DNA of 64,000 bases from Minisyncoccota bacterium. GTDB lineage: Bacteria; Patescibacteriota; Minisyncoccia; Minisyncoccales; JAGOPM01. Location of the stretch: positions 182,533 to 246,532 of the forward strand of contig JBAZJI010000001.1 of the NCBI GenBank assembly GCA_041651395.1. The letters run 5' to 3'. Every line of letters starts with the position of its first letter. Position 1 is the first letter of the stretch. Under the pieces are notes generated by a model that ran no database searches, was not told the origin of the DNA, and saw only the letters and a list, made by a program, of their open reading frames with translations. The position numbers and the translations under genes are program-made. Positions 17,391 through 26,854 of this stretch are shown piece by piece.

Positions 17391-19556
17391 ATGGTGAAAA
17401 AGCTCGAAAAGATTCAAAAAAGGGATGGCCGCATTGTTGATTTTGATCAAGTGAAGATTACCGACGCGGTCGAGAAGGCGATTTTGGCAACCAATGCCGG
17501 TGACGGGGCAATGGCCGCAAAAGTTTCTGATAAAGTGACCGATATTTTATCTAGAAGATTTCGTAAGGGCGAGGCGCCTAATATCGAACAGGTACAAGAT
17601 GTTATTGAGGAGGTATTGATGCTGGAAGATTTGGTGGAAACGGCCAAGGCTTACATTATTTATCGTGAGCAACGCCGCCAATTACGCGAAATCGAAAAAG
17701 CTACTGATGAATCGGTTGGGCACGTCGAGCAATATTTGAATAAACTGGATTGGGAGGTGAAGGAGAATGCCAATATGGCTTATTCTTTGCAGGGTCTTAA
17801 CCATTATGTGGCGACCTATGTGATGAAAAAATATTGGCTGGAAAAAATTTATCCCAAAGAAGTCCGCGAGGCCAATGAGAACGGGGCTTTTCATGTGCAT
17901 AATTTAGATACACTTGGACCGTATTGCATGGGTTGGGATCTTTACGATTTTTTACTCAAGGGCTTTGGCGGGGTTAACGGCAAAGTGGAATCTAAACCGC
18001 CAAAACATTTCCGTTCTGCCCTTGGGCAAATTGTAAACTTTTTGTACACCATGCAGGGGGAGTGCGCCGGAGCCGTGGCCTTTTCTAATTTTGATACTTT
18101 GCTAGCCCCTTACATTCGCCATGACAATTTGAATTATCAGCAAGTTAAGCAGGCGATGCAGGAGTTCATGTTTAATTTGGCTGTGCCGACTCGGGTTGGA
18201 TTTCAGACGCCCTTTACTAATATTACTTTAGATATTAAACCCTCAGCGGCTTTTGCCAGTGAGCCGGCTTTAGTGGGTGGCGTGGCGCAAGAAAAAACCT
18301 ATTCCGAATATCAGGAAGAAATGCGGATTTTAGATAAAGCTATTTATGAGTGTATGTTGGAGGGTGATAAAAATGGACGGCCCTTTACCTTTCCGATACC
18401 AACTATAAATATTACGAAGGATTTTGATTGGGATAACCCCGATCTTGATATCGTTTGGGAGGCGACGGCAAAATATGGCATAAATTATTTTGCCAATTAC
18501 ATAAATTCGGAAATGGATCCCAAGGATGTGCGCTCGATGTGTTGCCGGCTTCGCTTGGATTTGACCGAGCTGCGTAATCGCGGCGGCGGCGGACTTTTTG
18601 GGGCTGGAGCTCTGACCGGCTCAGTGGGTGTGGTAACCATTAATTTGCCCAGAATCGGCCATACTTCTAAAACCAAAAAGGAGTTTTTTGCCCAGTTGCA
18701 TAAAATAATGGATTTGGCTAAAGACAGTTTGGAGATAAAGCGCAAGGTTTTGGAAAATTTCATTGAGAAGGGCCTTTATCCTTATTCGCGCTATTATTTA
18801 GCCGGAGTCAGAAAGGCCCGCGGAAAATATTTTGCCAATCATTTTTCTACCATCGGCCTTACGGGTATGAATGAAACCCTTTTGAATTTTTTGGGTGAGG
18901 ATATCGGCTCGCAAAAAGGGCGTAAATTCACTTTAGAGGTGCTCGATTATATGAGAGATGTATTGGTCAAATACCAAGAGGAAACCGGAAATATTTATAA
19001 TTTAGAGGCGACGCCGGCAGAAAGTACTTCCTATCGCTTGGCGCTTAAGGATTTGAAGATGCACCCCGATATAATCCACGCCGGAACCAAGGAAGTGCCT
19101 TACTATACTAATTCCACCTTATTGCCGGTCAATTATACCGATGATGTTTTTGAGACTCTGAAACTGCAAGACGAGATACAATGTAAATATACCGGCGGAA
19201 CGGTCTTGCATATTTTTGTCGGGGAGAGGATACACGAAATAGGGCCAGTGAAGAATTTAGTCAAAAAAATATTCAGCAAATTCCGACTTCCTTATATTAC
19301 CATTACTCCGACCTTTTCTATTTGCCCCGTGCATGGATACATTTCCGGCGAGCACAAGACTTGCCCCAAGTGCGTGGTGCAGCAGCCTTGCGAGGTGTAT
19401 TCGCGCATTGTTGGGTACTTGAGGCCGGTCAACCAGTGGAATGAAGGCAAACAGCAGGAATATTGTGACCGGAAAACTTATAAAGTGGAAATTCCCCAAG
19501 CTGCTCCCGCCCAAGAGGGCTCACACGTCCAGGCAATCTTAGTTAAAGAACCCTAA
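17391..19556 (+). CDS. nrdD: anaerobic ribonucleoside-triphosphate reductase (class III RNR)
   Basis: N-terminal ATP-cone (MVKKLEKIQKRDGRIVDFDQVKITDAVEKAI). C-terminal Zn-ribbon CPVHGYISGEHKTCPKC and glycyl-radical-type RIVGYL motif. 721 aa. Confidence 0.85.
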   Translation: MVKKLEKIQKRDGRIVDFDQVKITDAVEKAILATNAGDGAMAAKVSDKVTDILSRRFRKGEAPNIEQVQDVIEEVLMLEDLVETAKAYIIYREQRRQLREIEKATDESVGHVEQYLNKLDWEVKENANMAYSLQGLNHYVATYVMKKYWLEKIYPKEVREANENGAFHVHNLDTLGPYCMGWDLYDFLLKGFGGVNGKVESKPPKHFRSALGQIVNFLYTMQGECAGAVAFSNFDTLLAPYIRHDNLNYQQVKQAMQEFMFNLAVPTRVGFQTPFTNITLDIKPSAAFASEPALVGGVAQEKTYSEYQEEMRILDKAIYECMLEGDKNGRPFTFPIPTINITKDFDWDNPDLDIVWEATAKYGINYFANYINSEMDPKDVRSMCCRLRLDLTELRNRGGGGLFGAGALTGSVGVVTINLPRIGHTSKTKKEFFAQLHKIMDLAKDSLEIKRKVLENFIEKGLYPYSRYYLAGVRKARGKYFANHFSTIGLTGMNETLLNFLGEDIGSQKGRKFTLEVLDYMRDVLVKYQEETGNIYNLEATPAESTSYRLALKDLKMHPDIIHAGTKEVPYYTNSTLLPVNYTDDVFETLKLQDEIQCKYTGGTVLHIFVGERIHEIGPVKNLVKKIFSKFRLPYITITPTFSICPVHGYISGEHKTCPKCVVQQPCEVYSRIVGYLRPVNQWNEGKQQEYCDRKTYKVEIPQAAPAQEGSHVQAILVKEP

Positions 19557-19678
19557 ATTTTCCCCCGCCTAAAAAGCGGGGAAAGGTTTAGAATGAAAAA
19601 TATCCAATGGATACCGGCGAAAGCCGGTATGGCAAAATGAAATTATTGGTTCAACTAAATTAGTTATCGGTTGATTTT

Positions 19679-20386
19679 ATGCTTATTGGCGGATTGCAAA
19701 AAACAACATTAATTGATTATCCGGGTAAAATAGCCTGCGTTGTTTTTTTGGCCGGTTGTAATTTTCGGTGCCCATTTTGTTACTCAGCGGAAATTGTTTT
19801 GCCGGAAAAAATTTTAAGGCAGCCGACGATCAGCGAGGAAAAATTTTTTGCTTTTCTGAAGGACAAAGTCGGGATGCTCGACGGGGTAGTAGTCTGCGGC
19901 GGAGAACCGACCTTAAATGAGGATTTACCCAATTTTATAAAGAAAATAAAAAATTTAGGATTTTTGGTGAAGCTGGATACTAACGGCAGCAATCCCGCCA
20001 TGCTTAAAAAGCTCCTTAAGGGAAATTTTCTCGATTATGTAGCTATGGATATCAAAGCCAAGCCTGAAAATTATAAAAAGGTTGGCTGTGGTGCCTCGGA
20101 TTTTCAAAAAGTAGAGGAAAGCGTAAAAGAGTTGAAGAAAAATAATATTGCCTTTGAATTTAGAACCACGATGGTTCCGGGCTTGGTTTCGGCTTCGGAT
20201 ATGCCCCAAATTGCCAAATGGATCGGCGGTTTAGACGTTCCTTATTATTTACAGAATTTTCGTCCGGATAAAACTTTAGACCCTTCCTTGATGTCTCTTT
20301 CCCCTTATACTGACCAAGAAATCAAAGAAGCCGAACAAGCCGCCAAGCCGTATTTTAAGAGTGTGAAAGTGCGAAACTATATTTGA
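19679..20386 (+). CDS. nrdG: anaerobic RNR activating protein (radical SAM)
   Basis: CNFRCPFCYS (CxxxCxxC radical-SAM cluster motif) near the N-terminus, plus the GGEPTL motif. Immediately downstream of nrdD. Confidence 0.75.
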   Translation: MLIGGLQKTTLIDYPGKIACVVFLAGCNFRCPFCYSAEIVLPEKILRQPTISEEKFFAFLKDKVGMLDGVVVCGGEPTLNEDLPNFIKKIKNLGFLVKLDTNGSNPAMLKKLLKGNFLDYVAMDIKAKPENYKKVGCGASDFQKVEESVKELKKNNIAFEFRTTMVPGLVSASDMPQIAKWIGGLDVPYYLQNFRPDKTLDPSLMSLSPYTDQEIKEAEQAAKPYFKSVKVRNYI

Positions 20387-20533
20387 GAAACTGGGGCTTT
20401 GCCCCACGCACCTAACTGCCTTGCGCGATACCTTAAAAGATAATTTGTGTGAGTATTAAGAAGATATCCAAGACTTCGACCCACAGCTCTTCTTGCAAAG
20501 AGCTGATTTTTTTATATTATTAAAGCAATATAT

Positions 20534-21613
20534 ATGATGAAGATTGAGTTCCCGGTTTTCAAAACTAGAGTCCAAGGGGTTGATAGAAAGTTCGACCTTA
20601 CGACCGTAGCGGGCCGCAGAGAATATTTTCAGGCCAAAGCCGGATTAGAGATAGCCAAGATAAAGGATTATTTGGATAAGGGCGGCACTTTTGTTGCGTA
20701 TTTATTGGGTAAGAAGAATTCCGGTAAAGGAACTTATTCTAAGCTTTTTGCTGAGGCTATCCAAACCGATAGGGTCGCACATATTTCTATTGGCGATCTC
20801 GTCCGTTCGGTCAACGAAGAGGCGAAAGACCCTGCTAAGAAAAGAGAATTAATTGCTTGGTTAGAGAAAAATTATCGCGGTTATAGCGATCCGGAAGAAG
20901 GTATTAATATTTTGCTCTCTCGTGACGTTTCTAAGCTTTTGCCTACGGAACTCATTTTGGCTTTGACTAAGCGCGAAATTGCCAAGCACCCGCGCAAAGC
21001 TATTTTTTTAGATGGTTTTCCAAGGCAATTAGACCAAATTTCTTACTCCTTATACTTCCGCGACCTGATCGACTATAGGCAAGACCCGGACTTTTTCGTT
21101 TTAATAGATGTTTCCGCTTCGATTATTGATGAGCGCATTAAATATCGGCGCATTTGCCCGGCTTGCAAAACCCCGCGCAACCTTAAGCTTTTAAGGACCT
21201 CTAAAGTTCAATTTAATAAGAACAATAAAGAGTATGAGCTTATTTGCGACAATCCCGATTGTAGTGGTGGCAATCCAGTCATGGTGCAGAAAGAAGGGGA
21301 TAGCTTAGGCATTGAAGCTATTCGTGACCGGATTGAGGCTGATGATACCTTAGTAGAAAAAGCTTTTGGTCTTTATGGTATACCAAAAGTTTTGTTGAGA
21401 AATTCGGTGCCCTTGGATGTAGTTAGGGATATGGTTGATGATTACGAGCTCACGCCCGAGTATGTTTATGAAACCCAAGGAGACGGTTCGGTAAAAGTTA
21501 CGGAAAAACCTTGGACTATAATTGATGATCGGGGAGTGGTTTCTAATTCCTTGATGCCCGCCCCGGTAGCCCTTTCCCTTATTAAGCAGATGTCAGACGT
21601 GTTGGGATTATAA
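20534..21613 (+). CDS. adenylate kinase-family NMP kinase paralog with N-terminal extension
   Basis: P-loop GKKNSGKGTYSKLF, HISIGDLVR (NMP-binding), FLDGFPRQLDQ, and a Cys4 lid (RICPACKTP…CDNPDCSG). A second, more canonical adk is at 44310. Confidence 0.55.
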   Translation: MMKIEFPVFKTRVQGVDRKFDLTTVAGRREYFQAKAGLEIAKIKDYLDKGGTFVAYLLGKKNSGKGTYSKLFAEAIQTDRVAHISIGDLVRSVNEEAKDPAKKRELIAWLEKNYRGYSDPEEGINILLSRDVSKLLPTELILALTKREIAKHPRKAIFLDGFPRQLDQISYSLYFRDLIDYRQDPDFFVLIDVSASIIDERIKYRRICPACKTPRNLKLLRTSKVQFNKNNKEYELICDNPDCSGGNPVMVQKEGDSLGIEAIRDRIEADDTLVEKAFGLYGIPKVLLRNSVPLDVVRDMVDDYELTPEYVYETQGDGSVKVTEKPWTIIDDRGVVSNSLMPAPVALSLIKQMSDVLGL

Positions 21614-21678
21614 TTCCCCGGGGCTAATGCCGTAGATCAGGTTTTTACAAAAGGTTTTTAGGCGCACGCAAACAAAAA

Positions 21679-21703
21679 CTGCCTTAGTCGGGCAGTTTTT
21701 GTT
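21679..21703 (+). terminator. terminator hairpin after the NMP-kinase gene
   Basis: ctgcc-ttagtcg-ggcag followed by tttttgttt. Confidence 0.45.
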
Positions 21704-22081
21704 TCTTGACGCTCGGGCTTTATTATTGAAATGGCAGCGTAATTATTTTTTTCAAAGCAATGCTGCAAAAACCTTTTGCGGGAGTAGTTAGTGCGAATTA
21801 GATTTTATTAAATATGAATAATAAAAGAAGCCGCTAAAAGCGGCTTATGAGGGAGACATCAAAGATGTTTTGTGGTGGGGCCCGGCGAAATTGGTTACAT
21901 ATAAGGAGGTTCAAGCATTTTGAAAATTATTCAGGCCGGGCCCGAGGTGAAAAATGTAGGATCGTCTACCTACGGCATTATCTTTAGGGTGTTTATGGGT
22001 AAAAGTGCTGGAGGAGCAATGGTAAGATTGATCCCAAATAATAATATCATCTAATCTCTTTTAGTCAAATAAAGATAAATA

Positions 22082-22109
22082 AAAGCGCGCTCTTGGGTAG
22101 AGCGCTTTT
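22082..22109. terminator. bidirectional terminator-like hairpin inside the ORF-free region
   Basis: aaagcgcgctct-tgggt-agagcgcttt, with A-run upstream and T-run downstream. Confidence 0.4.
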
Positions 22110-22683
22110 GAATGAATAATCTTGGCATTGTCCCATAAGGTGTGGGGTTTGGTAGAGCGGCTGAATACATAATGCCCAGGATGTGAAAGTTTATGGCATT
22201 ATTTTTAACGGGTACTGTCACCTGAATTTGGCTGTAAGCCAATATAATCCATCAGCTTGGTTGCGATCTTACAAGCCTTTTTTGGATTTGTTTATTCTTG
22301 GCCGCTTGCCCGTGCATCAACCACTTAAAATAGAAAATCATTTTTTTGACCGTCGCATTTTTGTTATCAGGGTTTATCCCTACTCCTAACCATTTTCCTC
22401 CTTTGTCTTTGCATTGGAGAGAATTCCGCGCACGTGGCCGGATGATGGCTTGGGGGAGTCCTCGCATTCCTTTGACTGCGGGATTTGGATTTCCCTAAAA
22501 CAACCTTAAAAAATCATTTTGGACCCGCTCTTATAAAGAGCATTGCACCTCCTCGAAATTTTCCATCTGGGCGTGGGATGACTGCTAAGATATATAGGCG
22601 TATTTTAAGGGGCTAGGTCTCCTGAGCGCGCATGCGTTCAGTAACAGTATATTATTTAAGAGAGAGGTATTTGTCAATATATA

Positions 22684-22727
22684 TAAAAAAGGGCGCAAAA
22701 GCCCTTAAAAAACGAAAGGCGCCTTTG
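22684..22727 (-). terminator. two tandem hairpins with T-runs on the minus strand (aagggc-gcaaaa-gccctt; aaaggcgccttt)
   Basis: Read directly. On the minus strand each GC hairpin is followed by TTTTTT, implying a minus-strand transcript ending here that starts somewhere in 22.74-23.77 kb. Confidence 0.4.
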
Positions 22728-23770
22728 GGGTAAGGTCGCCTGTGTGGGATTTTCCATGTCTCTTGCCCCTTGCATTCGGATTCTTGTCAGGAGTCTTTGC
22801 GACTGATGTTGACGAAAATCTGATGTTTCAAAAAATACTGGCAATGTCTTGTACGGGTCGCTTTGGAGCCGTACTTGCGCTATCCCTCTTGTTGGCAATA
22901 AGCCAAATGCCTCCGTCTTGGAACTCTTGGCAGTGGAAGAATGGGTCTCACGGGACCGATTCCAGTGCTATTCCTCGAACGCTAAGGCCTTTTATAGATA
23001 GGGCGTGGACACATTGTTCTCCAGCTGTTTGTTGGACGATGTCTGCCAAGCAAACAAATTAAGCGAGATAAACCGGATCATTTGTCCGGGCGGGGTATCA
23101 ACAGAACGGCTTTTTGCATGGTTCATAACTCCCTGCAAATAAGTTTTCTGAAAGATTCCCCCTGATCCCATTTGAACTCATTGATCTTAAAGATCGATTT
23201 TTTGGCCTATCATGGTGAATAATTCACCCTTCTACCATCTTTTGATGGTGACGCCTTTCCCATTAGCCTTCTTGATTAATCCGGCTAATGGCGGCTTGCC
23301 TGCAGTGATTTCTTTTGGCACTGCAGCGCGGTTTAGCGTGTTGGTGGATGGCTTGGTCAAAGTAATCCGGGCAGTCCCGGTTATTTGGCTTGGGCCATTT
23401 TTAGGCAAAAATCAAGGTCCGTCTCGAATATGGTTCATGGCTATTGTTCTCTCTGCGCTTTAGCGCCTTGGGTGAAGACTTGCAACCGCAACCGGTTGCT
23501 GGTCAAAAACAAATACCATGAGCGGGTGGGAGAGTGGAAAATATATTAATATGAATGAGCATTTATGCCGGGTTAGGCCCCTTTCCGATTTCAATCGTCG
23601 CCGTAAATATTACTGGAGCAATCTCTGTTGCTGAATTTGGGGCCTTTTCCCTTGTAAACCAACCAGGACCTTGTCCTTGATTGGTTTTTAATGATAGCAT
23701 ACTTTATATATTTTGTCAAGAGGGTTATTTTACAACAAAAAAACGCCCATTTCTGAGCGCTTTCCGTTTG

Positions 23771-23841
23771 TCGGGCTGCCGGGAATTGAACCCGGATTTT
23801 ACCCACCCCAAGGGCATGTACTGCCGTTGTACTACAGCCCG
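23771..23841 (-). tRNA. tRNA-Pro (anticodon GGG)
   Basis: Reverse complement folds as acceptor CGGGCTG / CAGCCCG, D-arm GTAC-AACGGCA-GTAC, anticodon arm TGCCC-TTGGGGT-GGGTA (anticodon GGG, G37), T-arm CCGGG-TTCAATT-CCCGG. 71 nt, CCA not encoded. Confidence 0.85.
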
Positions 23842-23905
23842 ATGTAGCCATTGGCTACATCGGGCGATCCCTTAAAGGTGGGTTCCCGGCAGCCAAGGGT
23901 CAGTG

Positions 23906-24127
23906 TTATTTCGTCTTTTTGCTAAGAGCCTTAATACACTTGGCACAGGCCAATACTTTTTGTCCCACAAACTTTTTATATTTGCCGGTAGCCGAAACAG
24001 GCACCAATACTTTGTGCAAATTCGGGAATTTTCTTTTCTTGGGGCCGGGATTGTAGCGGGACATGAGCTTCTTATACTCACGGGTCATAATGGAGCCCTT
24101 GCCGCAAATGGTGCAGATTCTGGACAT
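23906..24127 (-). CDS. rpmB: 50S ribosomal protein L28
   Basis: 73 aa reading MSRICTICGKG…KRKFPNLHKVLVPV…, matching the conserved L28 N-terminus (MSRVCxxxGK…RxFxPNLH). Confidence 0.8.
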   Translation of the reverse strand: MSRICTICGKGSIMTREYKKLMSRYNPGPKKRKFPNLHKVLVPVSATGKYKKFVGQKVLACAKCIKALSKKTK

Positions 24128-24235
24128 AGTTTCAGTAATTATTTTGACTTCTAAATAATAGTATAATTTTTCATTTTTGGCAAGAGGATGAAGGGTTTGC
24201 GATATTTTGGCGCTGTTTGGTATAATGAGTCTGAT

Positions 24236-25180
24236 ATGAAAAAGATTTTATTTGCGCTTGTTATATTTTCTATTTTAATCGCGCCAAAGGTTTTGGCCTA
24301 CCAAGAATGGGTTGATAGCGGCTATAGGCAATCATCATATTCGGGGTTGGATTGCGGTAACTCGCCATTCACTTGTTATATTTCCGAGGATTACGTGGAG
24401 GCCAAGTATAATCAAGATATGGCCCAATATTACGCAGCCCAAAATACGGCCGGAGAAACCAATGATTATTCTATTATAAGGCAGCTAAGCCTTCCTGTTT
24501 ATGCAGGGGAAATGGTTGACGGGCGCCTTTATTGCTATTTTGGTTATGTTGAAAATCCCCAGACTCAGCGTTGCGAGAGAATAAGCGTGCCGGAAAATGC
24601 GGCACTTAGCGAGAGTGGAAAGGGGTGGAGCTGCTTATTCGGGTTTAAGAAAGTTTATGGCCAAGATGTTTGCGAATTGGATTCCGTCCCTTCTTTGGCC
24701 AAGGTTAAACTAGACAACCATACCAATGATTGGGGTTGCGTTTTTGGCTTCAAAAAGGCCTTCGGCGGTTGTGAGAGATTGATTTTCCCAGCGCATGGGC
24801 ATGCAGATTCTGAGGCTAAAGATGGTTGGGATTGCGATAGAGGATACGAGCGAACCGAAGATGGGGACTTTTGCCAGAAGATTGAAATTCCGGCTAATGC
24901 CAAACTCAGCAAGGCCGGCAAATCCTGGGTTTGCAATTCCGGCTATGCTGTACAGTATTTGGCCAATGATCAAAGAATTTGTGTTAAGGCCGGAACAGTA
25001 AAATCTCCCCTCAGAGCAGTGGCCGGGGTCAAAAAACTAAGCTGTAAATTTGGCTATGAGGATTCGGGCGGGGAGTGCACGAAAATTTTAATTCCGCTTA
25101 ATGGCCAGCTGGCCGCTGACGGCAAATCCTGGGTTTGTAAGTCGGGGTACCGAAAGGTTGAAGGCCGATGTCTAAGATAA
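24236..25180 (+). CDS. secreted protein with about six ~38-aa Cys-containing repeats (GxxWxCxxGY/F…C…IPANAxLSxxG)
   Basis: Start taken at ATG 24236 (MKKILFALVIFSILIAPKVLA signal peptide) rather than the tracker start 24188. Repeats read directly. TGgTATAAT lies at 24218-24226, only 10 nt upstream. Confidence 0.55.
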   Translation: MKKILFALVIFSILIAPKVLAYQEWVDSGYRQSSYSGLDCGNSPFTCYISEDYVEAKYNQDMAQYYAAQNTAGETNDYSIIRQLSLPVYAGEMVDGRLYCYFGYVENPQTQRCERISVPENAALSESGKGWSCLFGFKKVYGQDVCELDSVPSLAKVKLDNHTNDWGCVFGFKKAFGGCERLIFPAHGHADSEAKDGWDCDRGYERTEDGDFCQKIEIPANAKLSKAGKSWVCNSGYAVQYLANDQRICVKAGTVKSPLRAVAGVKKLSCKFGYEDSGGECTKILIPLNGQLAADGKSWVCKSGYRKVEGRCLR

Positions 25181-25290
25181 ATAGCATATCCGCCCGGTTT
25201 TCCGGGCGGTTTTTAGTTAGTTGACATTCTTGACAAATAGTGCGATTATTGTATTAAATACTTTCAAAATATATAAGGAAAGGAGGGAAA

Positions 25291-26142
25291 ATGGAGATCC
25301 CCAAAGAAAAGCGTTTAGAGTATTTTTTGGACGGTTTGCGCCGCGGTGTTGATATCCCGATTTTGGCAAGTGAGCTTGGAGTTTCTCCAAATTCTCTTTT
25401 TGCCTATAAATCCGGATTAATGTTTTTTGGCTTATTGGATAAAATTTTGGAAAAGAACCCTGATTGCGCCAAAGAACAACAAGAGCTAGATGAACTGCAA
25501 AAATTCCGAGATCAATATCTAGTGGCTAATTGGCGAAATGCTGCCCTTGAAGAAATTTTGCAAGCGACGGGTTTTAAGAACCGTAAGGTTTTGAAAACTT
25601 ACATTCGCCGGGCTAAAAAACGTGGCGTGCCGATTCCTGAGCGCGAGTATGTGCCTCAGAATATGTATACGGCCAAAAAAGAGAAAGCTGAGCCGCTCGC
25701 TACCAATGAAAAAGTAGTTACTCGAGCACCCAGCAACCCGCCGGCTAAGCCCCAAACAGTAGAAAAGAAAAAGAGCTTGCCTGAACCGATTGAGCCATTG
25801 CCTCAGGAAGAAAAAAGACCGCCGGCCCCTGCCAGACAACCAATTATCAGTAGCTCTCTAAAAGACGGTGAAGCTATCCCGCGCGGCCCTAATGCACTCG
25901 ATAATCCCGATGAGCCGGGGACAAAAGTAAAGCTCCCGGATATGAGCCGCTATGGTGTGCTTGACCCTCCCAAAAATCCGATTAAAAAGGAACCCAGCCA
26001 CAAAGGCATGACTATGGAGGAATTTGACCAGCATCGCAGAAGACTCAACCAAGAAAAGGATAAGGCCAAAACGCCAGAAGAATTGGAACAGGAAGCCCAA
26101 GCAGCCAAAGAATTTTTCAAGGAACATTTGCCAGACTATTAG
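25291..26142 (+). CDS. hypothetical protein, N-terminal HTH-like region and Pro/Lys/Glu-rich disordered C-terminal half
   Basis: 283-aa ORF with RBS-like GGAAAGGAGGGAAA upstream. No family recognised. Confidence 0.45.
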   Translation: MEIPKEKRLEYFLDGLRRGVDIPILASELGVSPNSLFAYKSGLMFFGLLDKILEKNPDCAKEQQELDELQKFRDQYLVANWRNAALEEILQATGFKNRKVLKTYIRRAKKRGVPIPEREYVPQNMYTAKKEKAEPLATNEKVVTRAPSNPPAKPQTVEKKKSLPEPIEPLPQEEKRPPAPARQPIISSSLKDGEAIPRGPNALDNPDEPGTKVKLPDMSRYGVLDPPKNPIKKEPSHKGMTMEEFDQHRRRLNQEKDKAKTPEELEQEAQAAKEFFKEHLPDY

Positions 26143-26193
26143 CCCGCCAAACGGGTTTTTTTATTTGTCCAAAAATGCTAGACTGGAATTATT

Positions 26194-26820
26194 ATGGATT
26201 TTGGCATTCAAACAATTTTTACTTTTTTAGTTTTGTATTTTTCTGTGGTTATCCATGAATTGGCACATGCTTACGTGGCTTATTCCATGGGAGATAACAC
26301 AGCGCGCAATATGGGCAGGCTCACTATAAACCCTCTGGCGCACATTGATTTATTCGGCACGATTTTGTTGCCTTTAAGCATGATTTTGGCCAATATCCGG
26401 CCGGTTTTTGGTTTTGCCAAGCCCGTGCCAATCAACCCTTATAAATTCAATGACCAAAATTGGGGGCTTTTCAAAGTGGCTTTAGCTGGTCCGCTTTCCA
26501 ATTTATCTTTGGCTTTGATTTTTGGTTTAGTCTTGCGGTTTTTGCCTATAAATAGCCCTTATGCCGCCAATTTTGCGGCCATGATAAATTTGATAGTAAT
26601 TATTAATATCGGTTTGTTTTCTTTTAATATTTTGCCCATTCCGCCTTTAGATGGTTCTGATATTTTTGGCCAGTGGCTGCCATTTTTACGCCGCGTTAAG
26701 CACACGATGAATTTTTATATGCAGTTTGTGCTTTTGTGGTTTGTGCTTTATGTGGCCGGGGATTATGTTTATTATTTTGCCATGTTTTTATATAAGTTGA
26801 TTACTGGCATCTCATTTTAA
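26194..26820 (+). CDS. site-2 protease (M50)-family integral membrane metalloprotease
   Basis: HELAHAYVAYSMGDNTARNMGRLTINPLAHIDLFGT is the characteristic HExxH…GRLTLNPLxHID block of the small S2P/M50B proteins. Polytopic. Confidence 0.7.
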   Translation: MDFGIQTIFTFLVLYFSVVIHELAHAYVAYSMGDNTARNMGRLTINPLAHIDLFGTILLPLSMILANIRPVFGFAKPVPINPYKFNDQNWGLFKVALAGPLSNLSLALIFGLVLRFLPINSPYAANFAAMINLIVIINIGLFSFNILPIPPLDGSDIFGQWLPFLRRVKHTMNFYMQFVLLWFVLYVAGDYVYYFAMFLYKLITGISF

Positions 26821-26823
26821 TAA

Positions 26824-26851
26824 AAAGCAGGGGAGATAACCCCTGTTTTTG
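26824..26851 (+). terminator. Rho-independent terminator (caggggagataacccctg + TTTTT)
   Basis: Read directly after the stop at 26820. Confidence 0.5.
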
Positions 26852-26854
26852 TAT

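Noticed and set aside
22742-23463. ORFs 22742-23062 and 23212-23463 (83-106 aa) in the ORF-free block as real genes
   Set aside because: Their composition is not protein-like (Trp/Cys/Pro-rich, no RBS). They are more likely non-coding or structured-RNA sequence.
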